From NCBI GenBank assembly GCA_051362555.1, contig CM120647.1, forward strand, positions 620,001 through 684,000: DNA of 64,000 bases, in the 5' to 3' direction. This stretch comes from Lingula anatina. Lineage: Eukaryota > Animalia > Brachiopoda. Both the position numbers and the translations under genes were made by a program. The notes beneath the pieces were generated by a model. The model saw only the letters and a program-made list of their open reading frames with translations. It made no database searches and was not told the DNA's origin. The first letter of the stretch is position 1. Each line of letters starts with the position of its first letter. Shown one piece after another: positions 23,701-37,429 of the stretch.

Positions 23701-24084
23701 AAGTTCCTTACATGCTTACATTGACAGAAAGCTGAATAAATTTGCCACAACTTACTGATAATTTGAAGTTGGAACCTGTTCTCTAAAAATGCAAGCATTA
23801 GAGGTAAAGTTGAATTCCCGTTACAGCTTTGGTAAAACTTCGATTTCAAATTCACTTTTGAACACAAAATAGGGTTTAGATCAACTCGAGGAACATCTCA
23901 CATCATTTGAAATTTATTTCTAAAGATGACAGTATACATAACAAAACTCTCATACCCTTAGTAGTCGAGATATTCTACCGTTTCTGACACCCTATAAATC
24001 TCAAAAAAATGCACGCAATTCAAATTCTAGAACTTCCGGTTTGGTTAAAAGCCACCTAGCGGCAGACCGGTGGCTCCCGGGCTG
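20754..24084. mobile_element. Non-autonomous TIR element nested in the MULE (Academ-like termini)
   Basis: Perfect 18-bp TIR CAGCCCGGGAGCCACCGG and 3-bp TSD ATT on both sides; no long ORF. Superfamily is inferred from YAGCC termini and the 3-bp TSD. Confidence 0.8.
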
Positions 24085-24761
24085 ATTTGAATATATTATA
24101 TGATATTTACGTGTTTGAATAATGCATATTATAAATTTTAAAGCTATCAAGATGTTTCCAAGATCTTTAAGAGAAAATGAATTATTTGGTCATGTGAGGT
24201 AGAAACATAATCATTTACTATTCTTTTTACAGGTGTTTCATTCCATGTGAGCCTTCATGTAATGTTCAGGATTGTATATGATGGAGACATGACTTATTTT
24301 TTGTAAGGTTACCCATATTATCTTTGAATAGGTAACTGAATATGCTTTAAAAAAACTTTTTTTTGCCTATATATATAATATTTCTTTTGACTTATTTTTT
24401 TCCTTTCCATTATGTCTCAAAGGACATTGTTTTTTGTGGTTGGTGTTATAAATTAAACCTCAAATAATACAATGAAAAAATTGAATTTTATTTTAACCAC
24501 CTTTAAATGTGCTGGCACTTTTAAAAATACATTGATATATATGTAATAGTTTTTTAAAAAAGGTTTCCTTATTTATGTTAAAAAAATAATTCTCAATACT
24601 TTTCTTTTTCTACAATTTCTTTTTTTTTTTTTTTCGTACAGGTATAGGTTTGGTGGCATTTAGTTTGTATAATTGTTTTTTATCCCAAATGGCAATGTAT
24701 GAATAGAATAATTTGAATTAAATTCCACTTGCTTTTAATTTTAATTTTTTGTCTGTGTTAG

Positions 24762-26209
24762 TGATATAAAAAGACCTGAGAATGTTATGTGACAGAGTTT
24801 GCATTAGATGAGGACACGTACTATGCTGTCTTGGTAAGTATTCAATCCATTATATGGGACTCTCTTAGATTTAGATTTTGGATTTGGGTTGTTTTTACTA
24901 AATTGAATGAAGGCAGTTTATCTCTGCAATAACTGTAACTCTGCTATAAGATATGCTTGACATAAGGCAATAACAAATCTATATAATTTTAAAATAATCC
25001 TGTTTTAATAAAAGAAATCGCTACATTTGTTTGTGTATTAAAATAAGTTAAAAGACATAATTTGGAGAATTTTAGTATTCTGTATTAGATCTGATATTTG
25101 ACTTATTCTCCACCCAACACCAATTTTTGTATTTTGTTAAACATGAAGACATATTGAACTGACTAGGACTTATTATTTTTTTCACTTGTGTCTATTGTGC
25201 TTAGAATTGTGGAAGAAAGGAGGGTAAATTCACCTATGTCAATTCCCTTGGAGATACTGACCAAGAAAAGGACATTATCACAAGAAACTGGGGGTAGTTG
25301 AATATTAAAACAGTCTTGTCATGTAAAAAATGTTATATATTGTATTGTATTAATAATTGGTTTACAGGGGTGGATCCAGAGATATTTTCTGAGTCTTCCA
25401 AATTATCTTTGTCGATCCATCTTCCATTTTTGACCGTCTTCCAAAGGAAAAAAGTAAATACCCACCAATGTAAGCTCGGACCTTCTTCCAGAAGACCCTG
25501 AAGACAGTCTAAATCTTTCATCTGCCCCTGTGTTTATATAAATTATGTTAATTATATGTGCAAGGTGCAGACAATTCAATATTATGATTGGGTTAATAGG
25601 TATAATTTTTCTTGTAATGTATTTTCAGCAACTTCTCCAGAAGAAAAAAAAGGGTGCCAGTTTGTCACCATTGAACATGAAAAACAACTAAATGGCTACA
25701 CTTGTCGGCTGTGGTGTACACATGTGAGTTATGCTACCTAGGAAGCACACATTTCAATATAAGTTCTAAACTTGTACACCTCTAAAGAGTCCCCAAGGGG
25801 ATTGTAGGCCAATGAAATAATTTTTAGATTTAAATTTTATTACTTAGCTCCCAAGCAAGGATTAAACATAATTCAATATGACCAGACCATGTACATAAAC
25901 ACAGAGCAAAAATATAAATGCCCAATGTGAATTTATTAACATTTTATGAACAGCACAGACAGTTACCCGTAATGTATTGAACATCAAAATCACTTTTGTG
26001 TAGACATATTTGTATATATATATATATATATACATTAAACCATTGTGTAGGGATTTTCCTTTTTTCCTGGTATATTAATAGAATCATTATTAATTTTTAT
26101 TCAGGCAGTGCAGTACCTGTTGGAATATGGCTTGGGCAAATTAACAAAGATGTGCCATCCAGACTTTTTAATGGGCTAAATGTAGCCATTCTGGTTTTAA
26201 GAAATATTG
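24762..26209 (+). pseudogene. Spliced Ulp1/SENP (peptidase C48)-like gene remnant inside the MULE
   Basis: AG/GT-bounded exons 24762-24833, 25205-25293 (KFTYVNSLG...ITRNW), 25629-25723 (IEHEKQLNGYTCRLW) and 26105-26209 (AVQYLLE...VAILVL), in the order of the Ulp1 YxDSL and QxNGxDCG motifs. Confidence 0.62.
25363..25530. mobile_element. ~165-bp MITE with CAGGGGTGGATCC-type termini (Harbinger-like)
   Basis: CAGGGGTGGATCCAG...ATCTGCCCCTG; related copies in opposite orientation at ~39284-39447 and ~47581-47748. Confidence 0.65.
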
Positions 26210-26836
26210 GTATGAATATGGAATTTAATTTTGTTAAAAAAATGATAATGAGAATTATGATATTTATTTATTTATTAAGTAAAAGTTGGATGTTAGATTT
26301 AAAATACAAAAAATGTAATTCTAGCTTGTATTCATATTTATTTTCAATAATGTATTAATATTTAAATTTATGAATTTAATGCGTTTGATTGCTTTAAAGT
26401 TTTTTATGCCCTGAAAAAGCCTTTAAGGATCTCTCAGTTTTTGACACTTAAAATTCCTGGACTCTTGTAGCTTCCAAAATAGATGGGGTCATGTTTTCCC
26501 ACCTGTCTGTCTGGAAATGTCACTGTGTTGTCCCTTTGGTTTGATGTTTAATGCTAATAACTAATATAGTATCTTTTTCTTGATTTTCAGTTGTTGCAGA
26601 CAAAAGCCACTTCAAAATAATACCTATCGGCATAAGAGCAGATTAATTTTGTCATAATGCAACACTTGTGACAGTTTTTTTTTAAATTATACAAGTGCAA
26701 AAGGGAATCTTAACTGGCCCAGTGAATATAACTGTGACATGTCGTTATTTAATGCAAAAACAATAATGGATCCAGAATAATTCTGTAAGAGACCACTACT
26801 ACCAAATCCTGGAAATAATTTTACTATTATATACTG

Positions 26837-26838
<2 letters not shown>

Positions 26839-26870
<32 letters not shown>
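26839..26870. repeat. (AT)n microsatellite
   Basis: Direct reading. Confidence 0.95.
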
Positions 26871-26874
<4 letters not shown>

Positions 26875-29800
26875 AATATTGAATCAAACTTTTGCATTAA
26901 CTGTGGGGGGTCCATTACATTTTTTTATTGTTACTATTTCTATAAGGTGCAGATGGGATGCTGTGTTGAAAATGTTGTCTGGGTGATTGACTTGTTAAAG
27001 AGTCATGTGCACTGAATTAGGGGTATAATATGTACTGTACATTATTTATGTCCTTATTTTTATATAATTGTGGGAAAATCATTTTTAGATCTGAACAAAA
27101 CACTGCAAGTGAAGTAATGAAAATATTGATATACATGAATACAGTTAAATTGTTATTTAAAATAAAATTAATTTTGGGTGGTTCGCAACATTTTTTTCAC
27201 TTCCAAACCCAAGGTCTCTTTATTACCTGCAGTAAACACACCTTATGCAGTTTATCTAAGAGAAATCAATATACTTGTGCAACAGTAACTTAAAATGGTT
27301 AACCTACTGATTGTTGTAAAATATATATTAAAAGATGAGGCTCTCCTCTTATCTTATTTTAAATGAATGTACATTGTACTGTGTACTAGTAAAGACAAGT
27401 GTGAATTTTATTTTAAGAATAGATCACATTAAATGATAAAATGTTGACCAAATATTTATATAATTTTGTTTATTTACAAGAAAAAGTATTCTACCCAAGA
27501 GAACAAATAAGTTCAGATGCTTCCCCCAACTCTGAAGAGATTATCAGAGGTTAGTCATCTGTGAAGGTCACATGGTTAAGTGGCAAGCACAGATTCCAGA
27601 ATAATTGCAAGAACCACCATTTTGGTAGTAAAATTGAATTTATTATATTTCTCTGAGTTGTTTACAAAGTATTCTAAGTGAAATATGAATCTCCTATATA
27701 AATGTGTGTATGTAAATAAGTATGTATGCAATATATTCCCTAATTGAGATTTATTAAACTCCCTTTTATCAACTGCATCTTTTTCTTTATAATTTTTTTA
27801 AACCACTTTTTTCTGTGGGTGACATGGTAATGCTAAAAGTACTATAAGTTTTATGAGAATAAATATATTTTTATAATACACTTTTTCAGTTTTTTGCAAT
27901 TTTTTAGTAACCAAAGACATTGGTTAAAAGTGGGAATTCCTGTGCAAAACTCTCGACCCAATATGTCTCACAGGTTTAAACTCAGTAGATTATATATCAT
28001 GCAAAGCTCAGTAAAATAAAAAATACACAGTGAATAAAATATTCACTTCTACGACTTCAGTTACAAGATTCCTAACAGGAAAAAGAAACAAAAAAATTGA
28101 ATTAATAAAGAACGAAGGAGTGTTTAATCAAAAAATATCCATAATCCATCCACAAATGTCTTTCATATCGAAACTGTAAATTTATATATATATTTTCTTT
28201 TAACATTTGTCTTGGTAAGAATGGATTAATTAAATTGTTAAATTATACTTTGTTGGTGGCAATAAATTGGAAAAATAACAGTTATTTTTTTTATATACAG
28301 CATTTGCTTTTATTCTTCCTGGGCTAGCATTAAATTCACAAATCGGGGCCAAGAAGCAAGTTATAGGTTTACCATTATAAACTATATATACGTAGGACAA
28401 ATCCCACTTTTCTCAACATAGGATTGATACTACTACTTAGAAATAATCCATGCATGTCAGGGGTGGATCCAGGATTATTTGAAGGGGGATCTGGCTTTTT
28501 TGGAATGACAGGTTGCAGATGCAAAGCTTGTGGGGAACCCCCTTAAGACCATCCCGGGGCCCCACATTACATAAAATAACTTTTTATGATATAACCCTCA
28601 GGGTTTGGGCTCGATGGGCTCACAACTTTGGATAACGCTATCTGCAATACTGCTACAGAGATTCCCAGATTCCTCGTCTTAAATTCTGCACTCGGAAAAG
28701 AATGAAACGACTTCATGTTGTAACTTCAACAGAATATATTTTAATTACTACACTAAAAGTTACATGATACAAGTATGACTTCTCTACTCCTCCTCTAGCT
28801 ATTGCTCTCAACATACTACTCTCCTCTACTACCTATTCTACCCCTAACCCCCTATATTAAAATTTACAGGGTTTTTATGCTAAACTTTATCATCCATCAC
28901 CTAGCTTAGAAACTGATTGGTTACTTCATACGCAAGGCCACCTTCGTCCAGGTGGGCATTCCTAATAAGACCCTGTAATCTAGTTTTAACAGATTACTGG
29001 CTTCGGAACAAAGGACATAAAAATTTGAACTGCAAGGTGTGAAGCATTATCTGAACAACTTGTACAACTTGGCTACAACTTGGCTTCCCATGTCTGAATT
29101 TTATGTAACAATGGCTTCCTCTGATTGAGTTAATGCAACATCATGTAGGAAAGTTTTCAAAGTACTAATTACACTTTTTTTCTATATTATGGTTCCTGAC
29201 AAGCTGACCCTCGTTCCACCTCTATAGGGCGAACAGTGCTATTTATTTTAAAAGAGACCAATGCATTGGTGTGATTTTTTGCAGAAATCGAAAGGGGGGT
29301 CAAGACCCCTCCCCCACACGCACCCCCCCCCCCCCCCATCCACCACTACATGTTATTCATTAGAAATCGATTAATAAAGTGTAATTATAATCTGTTTAAT
29401 TTCAATTATCCGTAGATTATCTATGCTCTTAGATGTAATTGACAATTTCAGCTGCAAAAGAGTGAGAGGGTACTAATTACCCTCAACAATTCTCAATTGG
29501 TAGTTTATACAGTATACTCGGTTGATAATGCTGATTGTTTTGCTCATTTATAAATAATATAATACACATTTTATGTTATTCATAATGATGTGAGCCCCCC
29601 CCCCCACCTTCTTCAGTTGCCAAAGTCGACACCCTGAAACATGTTATCTGTATTAAACATTCATTTTTAAATAATCACGTGAAAATGCTTGTAATTTCAT
29701 TGTAAATAATAATAAACGCAGGGTCTACGTTAATTTACATAGTGCATACAGTATATATCTGTTCCTTCCAACGCGCTGTTTCAACTCATGAGTTATTCTG

Positions 29801-30065
29801 TTCTCATATTACATGTACAATTCCTTAAAACAACACACACAAGAAAACACGTAAACATAATGGTATATTTTAATTGTGACTTGCTGTTAAGTACATAATA
29901 TCCCTATTTTCTTCATATATTTTCTTGAGCTTAAAAGGGTCATACGCCTACGTCATCATTTTGTGAATGGGAATACAGCGCACCAAGTGGTATGTAAAAT
30001 AACTAGTATTCACACGAAGCCCTCTATTGGCAAAATCCCCTAGCCCATCTTAGAATATTACTTCC

Positions 30066-30665
30066 TATGATAATGGTGGGATAGAATGTGATTCCACGCT
30101 CGGCTGTCACCTTGATTGGCTAGGTCCACTCAACAATCCAATTCAGGAAATGACGTAACCGCAGAGGTCGCATTGTCCAATGGCATGGCTTCTTTTTCGT
30201 AATGGTAGGTTAGAGTGGACCTGGCCAACGACACCCCGAGAATTTGTTTTTTACGGTTTGATTGTGCGTATGCCATGCACGGAATTTACAAACGAGCGAC
30301 GGGATGATGTAGCCTGCAGTATTAACGGTAAGCGTGCCAAGTTTTTGTCGCATCGGTGTTGAATAACAATTGTTTTTAGCGCGCTTATGATAATGGTGGG
30401 ATAGAATGTGATTCCACGCTCGGCTGTCACCTTGATTGGCTAGGTCCATTCAACAATCCAATTCAGGAAATGACGTAACCGCAGAGGTCGCATTGTCCAA
30501 TGGCATGGCTTCTTTTTCGTAATGGTAGGTTAGAGTGGACCTGGCCAACGACACCCCGAGAATTTGTTTTTTACGGTTTGATTGTGCGTATGCCATGCAC
30601 GGAATTTACAAACGAGCGACGGGATGATGTAGCCTGCAGTATTAACGGTAAGCGTGCCAAGTTTT
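30066..30665. repeat. 320-bp tandem duplication within the BEL2 5' LTR and MITE left end
   Basis: 30066-30345 recurs at 30386-30665; the second unit also carries the LTR sequence that precedes the MULE site. Confidence 0.93.
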
Positions 30666-30959
30666 AGGCCGCTCCGATGCCCGACAGTATTTTATTTCGA
30701 TTATTCTGTTGGAACTGGGTCAGGTTTGTTTCAGAAGCTCATTCTATTTTATTGTCTCTATGGAGGTATATGGGGACTTTACGACATTCGGTTTGAAGGC
30801 TTTAACCACTTGTTATAGTTTATATTTACATTGTATTGGATTAATGTGGCAGTCCAAGGTTGTTGTAGGTGGTTTTCAAGTTTATGCACCCGGTTTTAAT
30901 ATCATTTAGCGATTTTACGACAATCGTTTACTATCCAATCAAGGTGACAGCCGAGCGTG
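30415..30959. mobile_element. 545-bp MITE with 25-bp TIRs and 8-bp TSD in the BEL2 5' LTR
   Basis: TIR CACGCTCGGCTGTCACCTTGATTGG; TSD TGTGATTC at 30407-30414 and 30960-30967; absent from the 3' LTR. Duplicated left half starts at 30095. Confidence 0.9.
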
Positions 30960-32027
30960 TGTGATTCCATGTGGAATGAGATCGGCTGATATTAAATGCT
31001 GAGACAGCCGTAATTACAAGTGTTTTTGTAACAGGAATCTGGCCCATAAGGTTAGCAATTAATTTTATGTTCGTAATCAATGTTATTTTTAAAAGCGTAT
31101 TTTTTCATTGTGTTAGTTGCGCCAGATGAGATCTACTACACAATCATTTAGAACCTAGTCGCTTGCATTACACTAGAATAGCCCAAAGTCGGTAAGAGTT
31201 ACTTATATTTTGGAGATAAAGATAGGATAACATGCAACTGTTAAGTAAAGATGTTATTTAAGCGACTTAATAGCATTATATAAAAGAACTAGGGCAAGAA
31301 TATGAGATGAATTTCTTATTTTATTTCAATTATTTTTCAGTTGACGGTTTAATAAATCAGTAAAAACGACGCAAAGCTGTTGTTGTTGTGTGTGAGTATT
31401 GCAAGTGGCTACAGTCAACGACTAGGATTTGAGATGGTCCATACCAATAGTCCACAACTAAAGCCCTGAGACGGCCCGTACCGAACAACCGAACCAAGAA
31501 GACAGAATTTATGACCTACTTACAACCTGTGGTAACTCTAGATATCTGAGATGCCTGGAGCCAGTCAACAGCCATTATTTAGATGACCCGGCCCAGTCAA
31601 GTACTAGTAGTTACTGGTGGGACTGTAATTAAGGAAATTGAGCTAAGATCCAATCCGCAGCTTGCAATAAAGCTGAAATTGAGACTTTCTCGAGTATATG
31701 TTGACACTTGATTTCATATCCACAGATAACTATAAATACTAGTAGACCTCAGTGTAGCTGAATATATTATTGGCTATCTAAATATACATATGATTATTAA
31801 TTTATTTGTTTGTTAAGATTAAGATACTCGGCAATTTGACATGTTTGCTGTTGATGTTCAAATGTTTTAGCTAGCTTATTACTTATAGAGAAACTGTCTA
31901 CATTTTGAAATTTACTTGTCTGGAGTAGTGTAGATAAGTTTATTTGAATTCAAATAAGTTACGCTGCCCATACCACCTGCCCCCTCCCTCCTTTCTAAGA
32001 ATACCCGCTCACTGCTTGACATTAAAA

Positions 32028-33599
32028 ATGGATGCAGCTACCATTACCAAGACTCCCAGCACTAGGACAGTTCCTTCTCAGACACCAACTGACCAAGAAG
32101 TAACATTCAGAAACATATCGCCTAAAGATGATTTGAGAAGAAGACTAATTGAGGAATTAGATCCAGATGACTCCGTCAGTCAAGCCGGCTCAAACGTATC
32201 TTTTAAGGAGCGACAGTTAGAAGAAGAAGCTAGACAGGTTGCTTTGAAGGAAAGGCTGAAGTGCCTTACAGCACAGCAAGAAATAGAAGAGCAACAGATA
32301 CGTTTAGAGCAGAGAAGAAAGCGGCTCTTGTTAGAATCAGAACTGAATGAAAGCAAGAAAAGGGAAGAAATCTTTAGGAAAGCATTGGGAGGTAAAGATA
32401 CTACTAAGAAGGATTCAGACAGCAGCTATAGCCATGATGTTGTGAGGGCCTTAGAGAAGTTGAGCCTGAGTAGATTACCGATTCCAGAGCCACCTGTATT
32501 TGAGGGAAATTATCTAACATATGTAACATGGCGACTAGCATTCAAGACTCTAATAGAAAGCAGAAATATCCCACCCAGTGAGAGGCTGTACTACCTTAAG
32601 AGGTACCTCAGAGGAGAAGCTAAAGAGACAGTGGATCATTTGTTTTACTTAGATTCAGAAGAGGCTTACATTGAAGCCCATGAGATACTTGAAGATAGAT
32701 ATGGTGATAAATTTTTGATAGCAGAGGCTTTCAGAGACAAATTAGAAAAGTGGCCCAAGATTAACAGTAGAGACAGTAAGGGACTTAGAAAACTATCAGA
32801 TTTTCTCAGGCAGTGTTTAGCAGCAACAGATCATGTAGGAGAGTTGAAGATCCTGGACGACTGTCGGGAAAATAGGAAGTTACTTCAGAAACTACCTGAA
32901 TGGATCACACGAAGATGGACCCGAATTGTCGAAGAATCACAAGGTTTCCCAAGCTTCAAGAGGTTTGTAGAGTTTGTAAAAAAGGAATCCGACATTGTAA
33001 ATAACCCTGTTATGAGACCAGCTGAAACTGCATTTAGCAAGAAAACCCCCACTTCCACCAGCCTTATGACGAAGACAAGCGATCAAGCTATACCAACGCC
33101 TCCTGTCACGAAAAATGCCTGTACATTCTGTGAGAAAATAGGACACGCCATCAGAGAATGCCGAAACTTCGAAAGAAAAACGCCACAAGAAAGAATGGAG
33201 TTTATAAAGAAAAGAGGTCTTTGCCTAAGTTGCCTTAGAAACGGTCGCTTAGCCAAGGAGTGTAAAAGGAAGGAACAATGCAGTAGATGTGGTCGTAAAC
33301 ACCCTGCCATACTACATGGGGACTACGAAGCCCTACACCCAGAAGATCAACATGTAAGAACATTGTCAAGTACTTGCCAAGAGGGAGCTATCAGTTCAAT
33401 GACAATTCCAGTCTATGTATCTGTAGGAAATTCCGGGAATGAAATCCTGACATATGCTCTTCTAGATAGTCAAAGTGATGTTACGTTCATTAGCGACGAG
33501 TTAGCAGCCAAGCTGAATGCAGAAAGCGTACCTACAAGTATCAGGATTTCAACAGTCAACTCCAGCTATGTAGTCAAACTTCAAAGGTTCCAGGATTGA
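32028..33599 (+). pseudogene. gag: BEL/Pao gag and protease start
   Basis: PDDSVSQ, LPIPEPPVFEGNYL, RLYYLKRYL, three zinc knuckles (CTFC..H....C, CLSC, CSRC..KH), protease YALLDSQSD. Confidence 0.95.
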
Positions 33600-36500
33600 C
33601 TGTAAGAGGTTTTAACTTAACAGAAACTATAGCACTACCAACCTGTTATACAAGAGAAAACATACCATTCAACAAGAAACATGTACCTAGACCATCGGAT
33701 GCAAGAAGATGGAATCACCTGCAAAATATACAGAGCCAAATTGCACCGCTCCAGAATTGCGACGCAGGTTTACTTATAGGTTACAACTGCTCTCGTGCAT
33801 TGGTACCCCTTAGTGTCAGAGTAGGAGCAAACGAGGAACCCTATGGAATACAGACACCCCTGGGATGGAGCGTCGTGGGAAGGACCGGACGAGAAGACAC
33901 AGATGAATATCACCTCAGTCACAGAGTGATGAGGAAAGAAATACAAAAGGATTTGAGAGTCGATGATAGAGGAGAAGTGACTTTTGTCCACAGAACAAAG
34001 GTTAAAGAGACAGTGACTGAGCCAGAGATAATTCAGTTACTGGAAGCGGACTTCAGGGATGAGCACAAGTCAGAAGATTCCTTGTCCCAGGATGACTTGA
34101 AGTTCTTAAAGAAGATGAAAGACACAATCTATCAAGACCAAGACAATTTCTATACCATGCCACTACCATTTAGAACTGATGCCCCACAGTTGCCTGACAA
34201 CATGCCCATGACCATGAGAAGACTTGAGCATCTGAGAAAGAAATTTGCAGACAAAGAATTTGCCGCCGAATATAAGAAGTTCATGGACACGGTGATAGAA
34301 AGCGGAGAAGCTGAACCTGTTCCATATAAAGATGTAGCTGGAGGACACAGATGGGTCGTGCCGCACCATGGAGTTTACCATAAACGTAAAGGAATGCTCA
34401 GGGTAGTATTTGACTGCGCAGCGAGATATAAGAACATTAACCTGAATGAGAACCTCATCTCAGGTCCAGACCTCACCAACAGTAGAAGGCACACCTAAGC
34501 TATTTAGGATGACAGTTCACCTGTTTGGAGCTGCCAGTTCCCCTGCGTGTGCTAACTTTGCTTTGAAACAACTGGTTGAAGACCATGGAGAAGAATTTGA
34601 TGAGAAGGTTTGCTGGGTAGCTGGTAATTGCCTTTACGTAGACGACTTGTTATTAAGCATTGATTCTGCTGAGGAGGCAAAGCAGCTTATTGAAGGCGTA
34701 CGTCAGCTATTTCAGAAAGCAAATATAAGACTTCACAAGTTTATTAGCAACAACCAAGAAGTTTTGGAGAGTATTCCCGTATCAGAAAGAGGGGCACAGA
34801 GCACCACTGCTGATTTGCCTTTACCTGCCACAGAGAGAGTATTGGGAATTCAGTGGGATACCATAGCGACCAGCTCAGCTTTCAGTTAACACTGAATGAA
34901 AGACCGATGACTAGAAGAGGAATTCTTTCGACTGTTGCCTCTGTCTATGATCCCTTGGGTTGTATAGCACCATTTATCCTATTAGGCAAACAGATACTGC
35001 AGGAGATGTGTGCGTCCAAAGCCAGCTGGGATGATCCAATATCAGAAGAACTCAGACCAAGATGGGAGAAATGGCTGCGTGAATTGCCAAAGCTAGCGGA
35101 AATTCATTTATCAAGATGCTATATTCCCCAAGACTTTGGAAAAATTGTCACAGCAGAGATACACCACTTTTCGGACGCAAGTACCAGAGGATATGGCCAA
35201 TGCTCCTACCTTCGAGTAGTGAATAACAAAAACGAGTGCCACTGCTGTATCGTGTTGGGCAAATCTCGAGTCGCGCCACTCAAGATTACTACAATTCCGA
35301 GATTAGAGCTTACAGCAGCCACAATGTCGACCAAGATGAGTACTCTGCTGAAGTCTGAAATTACCTATGAAAACCTCAAGGAGTATTTCTGGACAGACTC
35401 CAAGATAGTGCTAGGATATTTGAAGAACAATGTAAGAAGATTTCATGTCTTCGTAGCCAACAGGATTCAGACGATTCAAAACGCTTCTGACCCTAGTCAG
35501 TGGCACTACGTGCCAACCAATGATAACCCGGCCGACCATGCTTCTAGAGGGCTGTATCCAGAGGAACTGATGGCATCAAATTGGTTTAAAGGCCCAGAAT
35601 TCCTGAGAAACCCAGATCTAAGCATGGTAGAAGAAAATCCAGAGGTTGATCCAAATGATCCAGAGTTGAAGAAAGCAACAGTAAATGCAGTGGAGACTAC
35701 AGAAAAGGCAGGAACATTTACACAGAAGTTCAATAGATTTTCATCCTGGACCAATGCCATTACAGCAGTGACAACCATTAGAAAACGTCTACTCAAAATG
35801 GGTTCATCATTGTCTGCTGACCGACGAAAGGCAGAACTTACTATTCTTAAGCTGCTTCAGGCTGAACGGTTCCAAGACGAAATTAGGCAAATCAAAGATG
35901 GATCGCTTCCGAAGAAAAACCCTCTCTCCAAGCTGGATCCTTATATTGACGAAGAAGGAACCCTGCGAGTAGGAGGACGTCTGACACGATCCTCACTGTC
36001 TTACGAAGTACAACACCCTGTAATTTTGCCAAAGTCAGGACATATTGTAGACCTAATTGTGCGTCATTGCCATCAGAAGGTAGCCCACCAGGGAAGAGGT
36101 TTTACTCTGAATGAGATACGTTGCCAAGGGTACTATATCATTGGTATAGGCAAGACGGTTGCTTCTGCAATACACAGATGCGTAACCTGTAGAAAAAACA
36201 GGGGCAAAAGTGAAGAACAGAGGATGTCAGATTTACCAAAGGATCGAACAGAACCTTCACCCCCATTCAGTTACTGTGGCATTGATTGCTTTGGCCCCTT
36301 CCCTGTGAAAGAAGGTCGCCGTGAAGTTAAGCGATATGGATTGATAGTGACCTGCATGGCGTCGAGAGCAGTACACATCGAATGCCTGGATGACATGACG
36401 ACAGATAGTTTCATAAATGCTTTAAGATGTGTGATAGCTTTGAGGGGTCCTATACGGCAAATCAGATGTGATCAGGGATCAAATTTTATCGGAGCAAGAG

Positions 36501-37229
36501 TGCTTTTAGATAAATCACTAGAAGAGGTAAAAAATGACGAGTTGAAGAAATTTATGATTGAGAACAAGTGTGATTTTGTGTTTAACAGCCCACACTCAAG
36601 CCATATGGGAGGTGTGTGGGAGCGACACATTAGAACCATCAGAAGTATACTAGCAGCAATGTTGGAGCAACATGGTTTTCGTATTGACACAACCACCTTA
36701 AGAACCTTCCTATATGAAGTCATGGCCATTATTAACTGTCGACCTTTGACCGTACAGAACCTACATGATCCACCTGGTCCAGAATCACTTACTGCGAACC
36801 ATTTGTTGACAATGAAGCCAAAGGTAATATTGCCATTGGGAGAGTTTGGACCTGAGCACCTGTATGCAAGGCAAAGATGGCGCCAAGTACAAGTGTTAGC
36901 GGATAATTTCTGGAGTCGCTGGAGGAAGGAATACCTTCTTAATCTGCAACAACGAACAAAGTGGAATGGGAAACGAAGAAACCTAGGAGTGGGAGACATT
37001 GTTTTGCTCAAAGAGTATACAGAAGGATTATACAGGATTATACAGAGGAGACTGGCGACTTGCCAGAGTGACAGAGGCGAGCATAGATGAGGATGGATTA
37101 GTTCGCAGAGTGAAGATTCTTTTGGGGAATCCTGATCTTTCTGCCAAAGGCATCCCCTCCTCTACGTCTACTATACTAGAACGTCCAATCCATAAACTAG
37201 TTTTGTTGTTAGAAGGGGATAAATTGTAA
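33596..37229 (+). pseudogene. pol: BEL/Pao pol (RT, RNase H, integrase) in four frameshifted ORFs with an internal RT deletion
   Basis: PHHGVYH, RVVFDC, HLFGAASSP, YVDD, YDPLG, HHFSDAS, TIPRLEL, FWTDS, NPADHASRG, GIDCFGP, CDQGSNF, GGVWERHIR. The segment between PDLTN and FRMTVH is missing. Confidence 0.95.
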
Positions 37230-37429
37230 GTTTTCCATAGAATAAGGTTCGAGTATGGTTTTGTGATACATGATGTTCAAGAACTTATAAGTGAAGATCT
37301 AATGGTATTTGGGAGTACCAAAGCTATTGTATAGTGAGTTAATAGTTACAGTTTACCAGTTACATTGTTTCATGTGTAAGTTAGTTTTGTTTGTTTGTAT
37401 AGAAAATCAATTAGATTTTGGCTGGGGAG

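Larger units (their letters stand above)
20585..30065. mobile_element. Mutator-like (MULE) element, 9481 bp, no recognisable transposase
   Basis: ~118-bp near-perfect TIRs at 20585-20702 and 29948-30065 beginning GGAAGTAATATTC; 9-bp TSD TATGATAAT at 20576-20584 and 30066-30074; empty site seen in the 3' LTR and at 30386. Confidence 0.9.

Noticed and set aside
28587-29201. Possible solo LTR (TG...CA) inside a CAGGGGTGGATCC-type MITE
   Set aside because: Flanks (TTTTA vs AGCTG) give no TSD and there is no second copy in the window; cannot be supported.
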